Source of the DNA: Dehalococcoidia bacterium
Lineage (GTDB): Bacteria > Chloroflexota > Dehalococcoidia > Lucifugimonadales > G963668185
Assembly: GCA_965261935.1 (NCBI GenBank)
Contig: OZ253485.1
Coordinates: forward strand, 106,832 to 170,831
Direction of reading: 5' to 3'
DNA: 64,000 nucleotides
A program made the position numbers and the translations under genes. This document shows, in pieces, positions 17,493 through 27,024 of the stretch. The notes beneath the pieces were generated by a model. The model saw only the letters and a program-made list of their open reading frames with translations. It ran no database searches and had not been told where the DNA came from. The stretch's first letter is position 1. The number at the start of each line of letters is the position of its first letter.

Positions 17493-17884
17493 TCCTCCTC
17501 GACACCTCAGCATGGATAGAGTTTCTCAGGAACACTGAATCTAGAGTCTGCGAACAGGTAGACGAACTGCTGGCTGGAGATATCGCAGTCTGCGATCCCG
17601 TTCGGATGGAAGTGTTCGCTGGTGCACGTGACGAAACACACCTGGCCAGCCTGAGGCGGCTTCTGGCGCGAGGGGTGCTGTTGCATACTAGGGCCACGGA
17701 CTACGAAGATGCAGCCGCGCTCTATCGCCGTTGCAGGCGGCAAGGCGAGACCATACGCAAACTCATAGATTGCCTGATCGCTTCAATTGCGATTCGCGCC
17801 GATGTGCCGGTCCTGCACAACGACTCCGACTTCGACGTGCTCGCCAGACACACTGAGCTACAAGTCTATGGGACAGCAACCTGA
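17489..17884 (+). CDS. vapC: PIN-domain toxin VapC
   Basis: VILLDTSAWIEFL...D..R.E...G....D...IASIAIRADVPVLHNDSDFD shows the PIN acidic residues in the expected order. A GTG start at 17489 is preferred over the listed 17447. Confidence 0.8.
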   Translation: MILLDTSAWIEFLRNTESRVCEQVDELLAGDIAVCDPVRMEVFAGARDETHLASLRRLLARGVLLHTRATDYEDAAALYRRCRRQGETIRKLIDCLIASIAIRADVPVLHNDSDFDVLARHTELQVYGTAT

Positions 17885-18011
17885 GACCGTAGGCGAGTAT
17901 GTGAGATGTCCTCAACTCTTGCTGTAGCCTTCACAAGGCGTTCTGAGTGACATGCCGTCCCACAACGGAGTTCGTTCGGCACTGACGGGAACAAACACGA
18001 GAGGTGAAACG

Positions 18012-19271
18012 GTGCGCGCACTGATAGCGGTAATCGCAATCATGACCTTTGTCCTGACTGCCGTGGCCTGCTAGGGAGACGCAGGACTTGCCGGAGAGCA
18101 GGGGTCTCCCGGTCCGCAGGGTCCCGCGGGACCTCCCGGCCCGGCAGGGGACATCGCCTCGCTGGATGAGGCCACCATAGCCTCAGTCTTGGAACAGCTG
18201 CAGGACGCCAGACTCCGCCTTGTCCGCCGCCCGCCGTGAGGACTCAGAGCGCCTGGACAATCTGGTTCACCGCATCATCGACAACACCCGGAACCCGGCC
18301 TTCAAGGAGCGGCTGGCAGCCTGGACCGCGAGATTCACAGGGTCTTCGAGTCCGCCGCCTCCGCGCCCGACCAGGAGACGGCGCAGACATTCGAGCTGAT
18401 GGAAGGCATCGCAGTAACATCCAGCATCATCAACGCCATCGCGGAGGCGAGGGTCGCCGCCGCAGCCAAGTCGGAGGACGCTGCCGCTAAGCCGCAGGCC
18501 CCCGCACCCCCCAAGTGGGAGCCTGACGAGTACACTCAATACTTCGGCAAAGAGGCCATCGGCAGGTATGACTCCGAAGGTCTCGATGACACGGTCGCCT
18601 ACTACAACACGGAAGAGAGCATCGACTGCAGTGGTACATGTTCATTTTCGACCAGGACGACATAATGCTGGCCCACGCCGCCAACCCCGATCTCGTTGAC
18701 CGGCCTGCTTCAGAGGCCGTCGGGCCCAACAACTTTCCCTCCGGAGAAGCGTTGGTCGCCGTTGCCGACGAGTATGGCGAGTAGTTCAGCTACACGTTCA
18801 CGAACCCGGCGACTGGCGCAGCCGAAGCCAAACACTCCTGGATGGTCGAGTACGATGGCCTGACCTTTGGATCGGGCTGGCATCAGCGAGCGTCGGGCAA
18901 GCACGATGCCCCTGCATACACGCAGGACTTCGTAGCCCGGGCCATTAGCTTGTACAGCGCCATCGGCCACGATGCCCACGGTGGCCTACTACAACACCAT
19001 GGAGAGCGTGGACGGCCAATGGTACGTCTTCATCATCGATGAGGAGGGCTACGCGATATCCTACCTCAACGAGATGGTCAGAGGCCGGGACCCCAACCTC
19101 CGTGTTGACGCCACGGGACACTTCTACGGGGACCACCTGCTGGGTGCCACCGAGTCGGGGCGTTGGGTCGACTACTTGCTGCTGAACCCGGAGACCGGCG
19201 ATGACCGGCAGAAGCACACCTGGGCAGTGGGCCATGACGGCCTGATCTTCGCCTCAGGCTGGTACGAGTAG
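18012..19271 (+). pseudogene. Heavily degraded lipoprotein gene (signal peptide + collagen-like G-X-Y run + two sCache-like sensor-fold repeats)
   Basis: GTG at 18012, then VRALIAVIAIMTFVLTAVAC (lipobox), then an in-frame TAG at 18072-18074, then GDAGLAGEQGSPGPQGPAGPPGPAGDI (9 G-X-Y triplets). Coding sense then continues in shifting frames. The repeat (VAYYNTEESID..WYMFIFDQDDIMLAHAANPDLV...KHSWMVEYDGLTFGSGW) carries another in-frame TAG at 18782-18784. It is followed by an intact second copy (VAYYNTMESVDGQWYVFIIDEEGYAISYLN...KHTWAVGHDGLIFASGWYE*). Confidence 0.75.
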
Positions 19272-19830
19272 CCGCGAACGGTCTGGCCGCAGGGCTAATC
19301 TCAGCGTCTGGATTCCTCGGGCCGGCTCTCTATCGAGCGCGAATGGCAGGCTGGCAGAGAAGCTGTCGACCTCCGTCGGCCAACTCGCCTAGTCACCGTT
19401 GTTGGGGCTCCGGAACGTCTGGGCGCCAAGCAGGGCTATGGCGTCTTCCAGCAGCCGCGAGTTTGACTTCGCCAACACCTGCACGTCCGAGGTGAGAATG
19501 AGTTCAGATGCTCTGACCTTGTCTTCGGCCCGCCGCCTCGTCCTAATGACCATGTAGATCACAAGCCCAATAACGGCGACCGCCACCGCTATACTCCATA
19601 CGAAAGCCGTACCGTTAGATCGTCATCTGTGAGTGACGCTTCCGTGGGGGCGCCCGTGAAGGCAACGGCGAAAATCCAGCCAAGGGTTACCAACCCGTTG
19701 CAAGGGCGCCAATACTTCACTCCGGCACCTCCTGCAGTGAACAATGCATATCGCTTTGAGGGTTAACTCGAAACCAACCTGGGCCTAAATCGCAGCGAGA
19801 ACGAGCCCAGCAGCGCCCCTTGCAAACTCC

Positions 19831-20391
19831 TTACCCGAAGGTCGGCTTGTTGACCATTAGGTAGAGCGAAACAATCGGCAGCGCTATTGCGATTGCCCCC
19901 CAGATGTACCACATCCGGACGGCCGAAAAGAACCTCGGCGGCAGAGAGTCCGGGTAGTCTGATGGGTCGGAGAACACAGCCATGCGGTGTTGGACCGGTA
20001 TGAGTATCCCCACCCAGATGATGCCGGATGCTATGAACAACGCTAGCGCAAGGGTTATCCATGAAAGCTGGTGAAACGCGTCCCAGCCACCCCAGTGAGC
20101 GACTACCATGATGACCCCGTTCATCACTATCAGGAGCACGCCCGGCAAGGTGAACAGGAGGTCGGCCCGGACGACGGCCTTGGCCGAGAAGTGTATGACG
20201 CTGGTGTTGCGCGTCCTCTCCGCCATCAGCATCCAAGCGCCGGTTACGATTATGTTCCCAAGGAAGACCACCGCTCCGGCGATGTGCAGGAATGTGTGCC
20301 ACCTGTAGGGGAACAGCGGCAGGGATGCCGCCACAGTAGCGGCCACTAGGAAGCCGTAAACCAGCCATTCGTTCCGGTGAATGTATCGCAA
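19831..20391 (-). CDS. Integral membrane protein (DUF2269-like, 4-5 TM segments)
   Basis: 186 aa of alternating hydrophobic helices (FLHIAGAVVFLGNIIVTGAWMLM..., LLFTLPGVLLIVMNGVIMV...). Family assignment is from memory only. Confidence 0.55.
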   Translation of the reverse strand: MRYIHRNEWLVYGFLVAATVAASLPLFPYRWHTFLHIAGAVVFLGNIIVTGAWMLMAERTRNTSVIHFSAKAVVRADLLFTLPGVLLIVMNGVIMVVAHWGGWDAFHQLSWITLALALFIASGIIWVGILIPVQHRMAVFSDPSDYPDSLPPRFFSAVRMWYIWGAIAIALPIVSLYLMVNKPTFG

Positions 20392-20873
20392 GCTCAGTCC
20401 TCTCGGAGATGTCCAGGTCAGTACAAGTGCGTACGTTGGCCGATAAGTGCGCGGACAAGTCTACAGCAGTACGCCCCCCTGTTCTCGCGGCCAAAGCAAG
20501 CCGCATTGGGGCCAGCCTTGCGGGAGTCAAGAGCTCCCTAATGGAGACCATTGCGTAACTATCGCATGGGCCTGTCGAAGTATTCACTTGACCCATTCCG
20601 CAGACTGCTGGGGAAGAGCCTGCCCTGACGCTGTCCTGAGCTTGCCGAAGGAGCGAAGTCGAAGGGCTGGGATCGGGTCACACAACCCGAATAATGCGGT
20701 CATGCGAAGGTCTCCCAATGGGGGATCATGCCGAGCATTGCCGTAGTCAGTAACTTCCTATGAGCAGTCCCGGCCAGCAGATTGGGACCTGCATATTGCA
20801 GTGTAGATTGTAGATTAAGATGCAATCGCGAAGGCATAGAGCTCTACACGCTCGCTCGTTCTGAGGCGTGACG

Positions 20874-21277
20874 ATGTCAATCACTTACCAGGAGACGACT
20901 AATGGAATCGGTCCTGACCAACTTGGGGCTTCTTCGTCGGATGGCCTAAACGGCCGTCTGCGGAGGGCCATATGAGAATCCTCCAGGGGAGTGATCTCCT
21001 GGTTATGGCAATCTCGCAGAACCGCAAGGTGGTCGGGTTCGTCACGGCTATCACAGACGGCGTTTCCACCGCCCACATACCATGACTTGAAGTGTTGCCT
21101 GAATGGCAGGGCCGGGGCATCAGCACCCAGCTAATCAGACGTGACTTGGCAAAGCTAGGGGCGGTCTACGCCATCGATCTGATCTGCGACGAAGACGTTC
21201 GGGGATTCTACAAGAGGCTTGGGTTCCAAGCGGTCCGGGGCATGGCAATCAGGAAACACCCGTTTCAAGTGGAGTGA
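20874..21277 (+). pseudogene. GNAT family N-acetyltransferase, disrupted (one frameshift plus one in-frame TGA)
   Basis: MSITYQETTNGIGPDQL is in frame 0. The sense continues in another frame as (W)GFFVGWPKRPSAEGHMRILQGSDLLVMAISQNRKVVGFVTAITDGVSTAHIP, then TGA (21083-21085), then LEVLPEWQGRGISTQLI (GNAT motif A, Q/RxxGxG/A). Confidence 0.75.
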
Positions 21278-21617
21278 CCGCCGGACTCGTCTACCTCCTC
21301 GCGTCTGCCCAAGATATCAGCTTACCGTCACTGTTCATTCATCCCGCCTTTCGCCTTCTTCGCACAACTGTGCTATCATTGACGTATGGAGGCCACGTAC
21401 AGTAGCAACCAGCCCGGACGGTATCGCCTTGTAGGGGTGTCCCATGAGGGCACTCTGCCCCCGGTGGCCGCATTTGGCCGGTTCTGGCCGCCAGCAGGAT
21501 TTCCGAAGGCGCATATCAGCTATGAAACAACCGCACTTGGCCGTTTGGGGCGGACAGACGCATGTACATTTGCACGCTCCGGCCTTAGCGGAGATGTATG
21601 CCCATGCGCGGCTAGTC

Positions 21618-22415
21618 TCACCGGGCGCCGCAAACCTGCAGGCAGGCTTGCATATGGCCGCGCGCCTCGGCGGCGATTGCAGAGCACTGTTGGACCGTGA
21701 ATGCCCTGGCGCCGATGACCTCAAGGTCCAGAGGCCCCTCGTAGCCGTGCTCGTGGAGCACGCGAACGAAACCCAGCAGGTCGATGTCGCCCCTGCCGTT
21801 GGCCTGGTCCTCGGGCCTTCCCGGCGACGCCTGCCTGCCCTTGCAGTCGCGTATGTGCACGTGCCTCACGCGACTTATGACGGGCACGATTGCCTCCGCC
21901 GGGTTCTCCCCGGCCCTGTAAACGTGGGATGGGTCCATGTCGATGCCGAATGCTGGCGAGGCAATCGACTCCATAGCCCGCAGCGTGGTGGCCGTATCGT
22001 GAATGCTGGCGCCGTAGTGCGCCTTGACGCACAGGACCACCCCGTGAGCCTCCGCTACCTCCGACATTCTGGCTAGGGACTCGATCGAGGCCCTGATGCT
22101 GTCCTCGTCGCCAATCTTGCCGCCTGGTCCACAGTTGACCACCGGGATATCCAGGGCCGACGCGGCCGCGCACGCCTGGTCCATCTTCACCGGGTCGTGG
22201 GACGGCTGCTCGATGGCCAGCAGCTCAAGCTCGTACTCCTCCGATAGGTCCCGGATCTCCGGCGCAAGCTCATGCCAGCGCTCCAGCACCAGGTGCTCGC
22301 TCATGCCGTCGATGGCCGACAGCTCGACTCCGTCGTAGCCCGCCATGGCGATGCCTTCGAAGGCCGTCCGCATGCTATGTCCCCCGAAGAGGACCGTGTT
22401 TGCTCCCAGCTTCAT
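21618..22415 (-). CDS. Sugar phosphate isomerase/epimerase (xylose-isomerase-like TIM barrel)
   Basis: MKLGANTVLFGG...AGYDGVELSAI...HVHIRDC...GDIDLLGFVRVL. The ATG at 22415 overlaps the upstream stop (ATGA). Confidence 0.8.
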   Translation of the reverse strand: MKLGANTVLFGGHSMRTAFEGIAMAGYDGVELSAIDGMSEHLVLERWHELAPEIRDLSEEYELELLAIEQPSHDPVKMDQACAAASALDIPVVNCGPGGKIGDEDSIRASIESLARMSEVAEAHGVVLCVKAHYGASIHDTATTLRAMESIASPAFGIDMDPSHVYRAGENPAEAIVPVISRVRHVHIRDCKGRQASPGRPEDQANGRGDIDLLGFVRVLHEHGYEGPLDLEVIGARAFTVQQCSAIAAEARGHMQACLQVCGAR

Positions 22416-23407
22416 GGCTGCTCCACGTCTATCACTTGCCCGGTGTCCCATGACTCGATGGCCGCCTCGATCACGAGCTGCGCCCTGAGCGCGTCCTCGG
22501 CGGAGCCGTCGAGCTCTTCCGGCGAGTCACCGGAAACGTTCTGGTCGATCCAGCGGGTTATGCGGCTCTTGAACGTCTCGCCGAAACCCATCATGCCACC
22601 CAGGTAGGCGTAGGTCTCGACCTGCCGTGAGCGGCGGGGATAGAGCTCCAGGCTCTCGCAAGCCTCTCGCAGCACAACCCTCCCCTCCGAGCCGACCACC
22701 TCCAGCGTCTCCAGGCCGTAGCTGCCTCCGGCGTCGTAGCTGCCGGTCAGATGGCCCACTACGCCGCTTTCGAACAGCATGTTGGCCTGCACGTTCGACC
22801 ATCCCTGCCGCCCCTTGCCGCGCTTGAAGAACGTTTGCACCTTGGCGACGTCGCCGCAGAAGTACCGCATGACGTCGATGGAGTGAGAGTGCAGGGCCCT
22901 CATGTGGAAGTGGGGAGAGGTCTCGTTCGGATTGTTGATCCACATGGTCATGTTGACGATATTCAACTCGCCCAGCCGGCCCTCGTCCACCCACTCCCTC
23001 GCCCGCACCGCGGCGGGAGTAAAGCGGTGGTTGAGGTTGATCCCGTACCGCAGCCCCTTCTCCTTCGCGAGCGCCACCATCTCCCGCGCCTCGGTGATCT
23101 TGTTTGATATCGGCTTCTCTCCCAGGACTGCTACGCCTGCGCAGAGCAGTGCCATCGTGGGCTCGTAGTGGTCCCCGCCGTTCTCCACGCCGGCGGTGCA
23201 GACGCTCGCGATGTCGATCCCGCCGCCCTCCACCATCTCCTCAACGGTAGAGAAGGCCTTGCATGTGTAGCGCCGAGCGGCGGCCTCCGCCTTCTCCTTC
23301 ATGACGTCGCAGACCGCCACTACCTCGCAGCGCGGGTCGTCATCGTAGATCTGAGCGTGCCTGTTGCCGATGGTGCCTGCTCCCACGATTGCTACTCTCA
23401 GTGTCAC
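22412..23407 (-). CDS. Gfo/Idh/MocA family NAD(P)-dependent oxidoreductase
   Basis: VTLRVAIVGAGTIGNRHAQIY Rossmann N-terminus; EKP motif (LGEKPIS). The preferred start is the GTG at 23407, preceded by GGAGG at 9-nt spacing. The listed ORF start (23569) would overlap the sulfatase-like gene. Confidence 0.85.
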   Translation of the reverse strand: MTLRVAIVGAGTIGNRHAQIYDDDPRCEVVAVCDVMKEKAEAAARRYTCKAFSTVEEMVEGGGIDIASVCTAGVENGGDHYEPTMALLCAGVAVLGEKPISNKITEAREMVALAKEKGLRYGINLNHRFTPAAVRAREWVDEGRLGELNIVNMTMWINNPNETSPHFHMRALHSHSIDVMRYFCGDVAKVQTFFKRGKGRQGWSNVQANMLFESGVVGHLTGSYDAGGSYGLETLEVVGSEGRVVLREACESLELYPRRSRQVETYAYLGGMMGFGETFKSRITRWIDQNVSGDSPEELDGSAEDALRAQLVIEAAIESWDTGQVIDVEQP

Positions 23408-23441
23408 TGTAACCAGCCTCCTTCGTTCGGGCATGCCGGCA

Positions 23442-24845
23442 TTAGCTGCGTGATCTGGCCTGCAATCGCCTGGCCTCGGAAGAGCCGCCGATGTGTAGGG
23501 TGTCATAGGCCTGCTGCGACGAATCGAACGCACCGACCCCTTCGTGGCCGTGCCAGTCCCCCTGGTCATAAATCGGGTTGGCGAGGCCGGTCTGCCGCTC
23601 CCGCGCGTCTATCCATCGCTCCATTCTGCGTGTGAGGGCGTCAACTACGTCAGGATGGTCGCCCGCTACGTCATTCACCTCCTGTGGGTCCTCCACCAGA
23701 TTGTAGAGCTCCATCGGAGGTTTGAAGTGGAAGTCGGGTTCCAGGGCCCGGATGAGCTTCCACTGTGGCGTTCTCCAGCCGTGCTTGCGCATCCAGGTGC
23801 ACTCGGTGACGTAGACCTCGGCCTCGTGGGAGGCGGTCTCGCCCCGCACCATGCCCATCAGGCTTCTGCCGTCGAAGGGTATGTCGGTTTCGATACCCGC
23901 CAACTCCAGCAGCGTAGGTACCAGGTCCTTGTGCTGGTTGTAGCCGGACACCCGCAATCCAGCGGGCACCTTCTTCGGGTAGCGAATGATGAGCGGTACG
24001 TGGAGGTTAGAGTCGTACAGCCCGTGGTGGTCGAACCAGCACTCGTGCTCGTACAGTGTCTCCCCGTGGTCGGAGTTCAGGACGATGACGGTGTCGTTCA
24101 GAACTCCGCGGGTCTCCAGGAAAGTAAGGATCGTCTGGATGCAGGAGTCCATGTAAGCGATGGCCCCGTCGTATTGGGCGTTCACCCACTCCTTGTACGT
24201 GATGCCGGGCGGCATCCAGCTCGCGAAGTAGTCCTTGAAGGGCTTGAAGGCGAAGACGGGCTCCATCGAGTCGTTGCCCGGGTCGCGCTCGTCGCCATGG
24301 TAAAACATGCGCTCGAACGGCGGGGGCGGCAGGTAGGGTGTGTGGGGGTCCATGTGGCGCAGCAGCACGAAGAAGGGCTGGTCTTGGCCCAGCAGCCGGT
24401 CCAGTTCCGGGATGCCGACCCCGTTGAGTTCCTGGGCCTTGACAAAGGGTCGCTCCTCCCACATTCCCCACGCCTTGTAGTCCAGGTAGGTGTCGAACCC
24501 CCTGGAGCTTGGGTTGCCGGTAAGGCCCACGCAGGTGGTGTTGTAACCTTCAGCCCTCAGGATCTCCGGAAGCATCGTCACCTCCGGTCTGACCGGGCCT
24601 CTGTGCCGCAGGGCCACCACCTGCGAAGTGAACACGTCCGTGCCGCTAAGCATGGATGTGTAGCCGCTGGTCGTGGGAATGTGGGCGCTGAACGTGTTCT
24701 CGAACAACGTCCCCTGTCCGGAGAGGCGGTCGATGTGGGGCGACGTAAGGCGTGGGTACCCGTAGCAACTCAGGTGGTCTGCCCTAAGGGAGTCGACGCC
24801 GATTATTAGGATGTTCGGTCGACGTCCGGCGCTGCTAGCCGTCAA
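23442..24845 (-). CDS. Sulfatase-like (alkaline-phosphatase superfamily) hydrolase lacking the C/S-x-P-x-R formylglycine motif
   Basis: ILIIGVDSLRADHLSCYGY metal-site N-terminus and LNSDHGE motif. At the position of CxPxR the sequence reads SAHIPTTSGYTSMLSG. Confidence 0.75.
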   Translation of the reverse strand: MTASSAGRRPNILIIGVDSLRADHLSCYGYPRLTSPHIDRLSGQGTLFENTFSAHIPTTSGYTSMLSGTDVFTSQVVALRHRGPVRPEVTMLPEILRAEGYNTTCVGLTGNPSSRGFDTYLDYKAWGMWEERPFVKAQELNGVGIPELDRLLGQDQPFFVLLRHMDPHTPYLPPPPFERMFYHGDERDPGNDSMEPVFAFKPFKDYFASWMPPGITYKEWVNAQYDGAIAYMDSCIQTILTFLETRGVLNDTVIVLNSDHGETLYEHECWFDHHGLYDSNLHVPLIIRYPKKVPAGLRVSGYNQHKDLVPTLLELAGIETDIPFDGRSLMGMVRGETASHEAEVYVTECTWMRKHGWRTPQWKLIRALEPDFHFKPPMELYNLVEDPQEVNDVAGDHPDVVDALTRRMERWIDARERQTGLANPIYDQGDWHGHEGVGAFDSSQQAYDTLHIGGSSEARRLQARSRS

Positions 24846-25995
24846 CGTGGTCTCCCTTCCTCGGGTGGGGCTGGGTCCCCAGCATGTCCGGGACCTCGTC
24901 GATGGGTCGCGGAAAGAATGTAAACATGGAAGTGTATCGGTCTATGTCTGGGCGACCCTCCACGCTCCTTGACTCCATCATCGCGTCCGGGGTCGCTCCC
25001 GGCTCGTCGGACGCGTAGGCGATGCCGGCTCGCCGGTCGTCGAGGCCGAAGGTGAAAGAGTTGGTGGTGTTGGTCTTGACGGAAGGGCATTGGCTGGGAT
25101 ATCCCACTTCGGCCAGGCTCAGGCTTCGAGAACAGTCCAATCGAAGCGGCGACATCATAGAGCGGCCTCTTGAAAGCGGTCAATCCCTGGGTACTCCTAC
25201 AGAAGACGCCGGGGCGAGGCACCCTTCCGGTGCATCTTCGTCTCTTTTGCCGCCTGCTGCGGGCTTCTGGAGCCCTTGCGTGTAGGTTTCCCGTCGCCCG
25301 GCAATGTTCACATTCCAAATAGTGCCACTCCCAGACGATCAAGCTCAGCTTGCTCGATGAAAGTGAGGACTAGCACTGTTCAAAAGGATTCAGAAGTTCA
25401 ATTCTGAGTTGTTCGAAGTCGCTCACGTACGAGTGACCACAGTCAGCCGATGGGCCGTGGCCGCCACCGCAATCGTCGCGTCTTCGGTATTGGTGTCCGA
25501 CCTCCCGTGCATGTGCCGTGTCCTCACCCGGAAGGCGGGCGCGTCCATTGGCAACCCTGGTCCAAGATCTCCTCCGACCAGCCCAACCTCCATCCACGCG
25601 AGTACCGAAGCTCCACGGCGCCTGTTCCGCCCTACACAAACATAGCGGTGTCGCTCCTGCTGAAGTCTCGCGCCGGATAAGGAAGACGCGGGGACTCATG
25701 CAAAGTCTTCTTTCATTCAGACTACGAGACCTCCTCTGCCGCGAAGAAGACCCTTACGCAACCGTCATACTGGAGGAGGCAGGTATCAAGATGGTTGTTA
25801 TGCGGGCACTGTCGGCAAACTGCGCAGAGCGTGTCCGACGCGGGGCGTGGCATTTTGCCCCGGGTGTAACGACTGCGGCCTGTTCTTTGGAGGAGCCGTA
25901 TATGTAATAAGTACTTGACAGACAGTAAAGGCCGCTTTACTGTCTCCGCTCGGAGAATTCACCTTCTGCCCAACACGAATGAGGAGGGTCACACA

Positions 25996-26376
25996 ATGGA
26001 TAGCGCCAGAAGACAGCTTTACATGCGACTGGCCTTGGTACTGCTGGCATACGCCGTCATTCTTGCGATTTCCGTCCCGTTGACCTCGGCGTATCCGGAC
26101 GGAGTTTGGCGCTTCCCTGTAGCCGTCACGCCGATGGCGCCGTTCATCTATGGGATCGTCGCCTACGTCCGCTACTTGCGAAGGGTCGACGAACTCCAGC
26201 AGCGGATCGACCTGGAGGCTCTCGCAATCGCGTTCGGTGCGACGGCAGCCAACACCTTCTCCTACGGATTTCAGGAGCATGTTGGCCTGCCACACATCAA
26301 CTGGTGGTGGGTGTGGCCGGTCATGGGAGTTTCTTGGATGCTCGGCAACGAGTACGCTGTTCGCAGGTACCGATGA
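25996..26376 (+). CDS. Small membrane protein (3-4 TM segments) coupled to the downstream XRE regulator
   Basis: GAGGAGGG Shine-Dalgarno sequence before the ATG at 25996. Hydrophobic helices are present. Its stop overlaps the regulator start (ATGA). Confidence 0.55.
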   Translation: MDSARRQLYMRLALVLLAYAVILAISVPLTSAYPDGVWRFPVAVTPMAPFIYGIVAYVRYLRRVDELQQRIDLEALAIAFGATAANTFSYGFQEHVGLPHINWWWVWPVMGVSWMLGNEYAVRRYR

Positions 26377-26573
26377 AGAATCGACTCCGCGTACTTCGTG
26401 CCGAGCGCAACTGGTCGCAGTCGGAACTGGCGAGTCGCTTGGGTGTGTCGCGCCAAACGGTCAACGCGGTGGAGAGGGGAAAATACGACCCCAGCCTGCC
26501 TCTGGCCTTCAAGCTAGCCAAGCTCTTCGGGCACCCAATAGACCAAATCTTCACCCCGGACGTTGACAACTGA
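26373..26573 (+). CDS. XRE/Cro-C1 family helix-turn-helix transcriptional regulator
   Basis: MKNRLRVLRAERNWSQSELASRLGVSRQTVNAVERGKYDPSLPLAFKLAKLF is a canonical HTH_3 sequence. Confidence 0.9.
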   Translation: MKNRLRVLRAERNWSQSELASRLGVSRQTVNAVERGKYDPSLPLAFKLAKLFGHPIDQIFTPDVDN

Positions 26574-27024
26574 GGCCGCACCCGCCGAAGTGAGCACTTG
26601 GCAAAATGCACCGCTCCTCCTGAATCTACCCTGTCATTTCGCACAAACGCGGCCAGTGCAAAATAAGCAGTCAGCAGGTGAGTAGCATTGCGTTTTCCAG
26701 CGCAAATCCACCCCATCGGCAAGAGTCTGTAACATAGCCCCGCGTCTTACGGAGGCGCCTGGAGCGAAGTCCACCGCGCCGACGGCAGCATCGTCAGGCC
26801 CTGAGAAAGGGCCGCGAGCCGATTCTTTGGCCGCCAGTCCTCCTCCAACGGATAGAGGGAAATTACGCTTGGGCTTCCACATTCCCGGCGTTTTGGTCTC
26901 GATCTTCAGTCAGGACGTGGTTCCATTGGTCTGTTGGAGTCGGCGGCCAGAAGGACAGTCTCTTGGGCCGAGGAACAGATATCAGAGGTCCGCGACTCTA
27001 TCCGATCAGTTTGGAGCCCTACCG

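Noticed and set aside
18072-21085. In-frame TAG (18072, 18782) and TGA (21083) as stop-codon reassignment, selenocysteine or pyrrolysine
   Set aside because: TAG, TGA and TAA all terminate well-supported genes in this window (for example paralog 1 ends in TAG, paralog 2 in TGA, paralog 3 in TAA). The affected genes also carry frameshifts. No SECIS-like context was evident. Pseudogenisation is the simpler reading.
24835-25907. Small ORFs in the 24.8-25.9-kb gap (24835..25158 minus, 25518..25907 plus including a 69-codon MQSLLSF... ORF) and 19389..19586 (single-TM 65 aa)
   Set aside because: They have no recognisable motifs, unclear ribosome-binding sites, and partial overlap with neighbouring genes. 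I cannot support them as genes from sequence alone. They remain possible small proteins.
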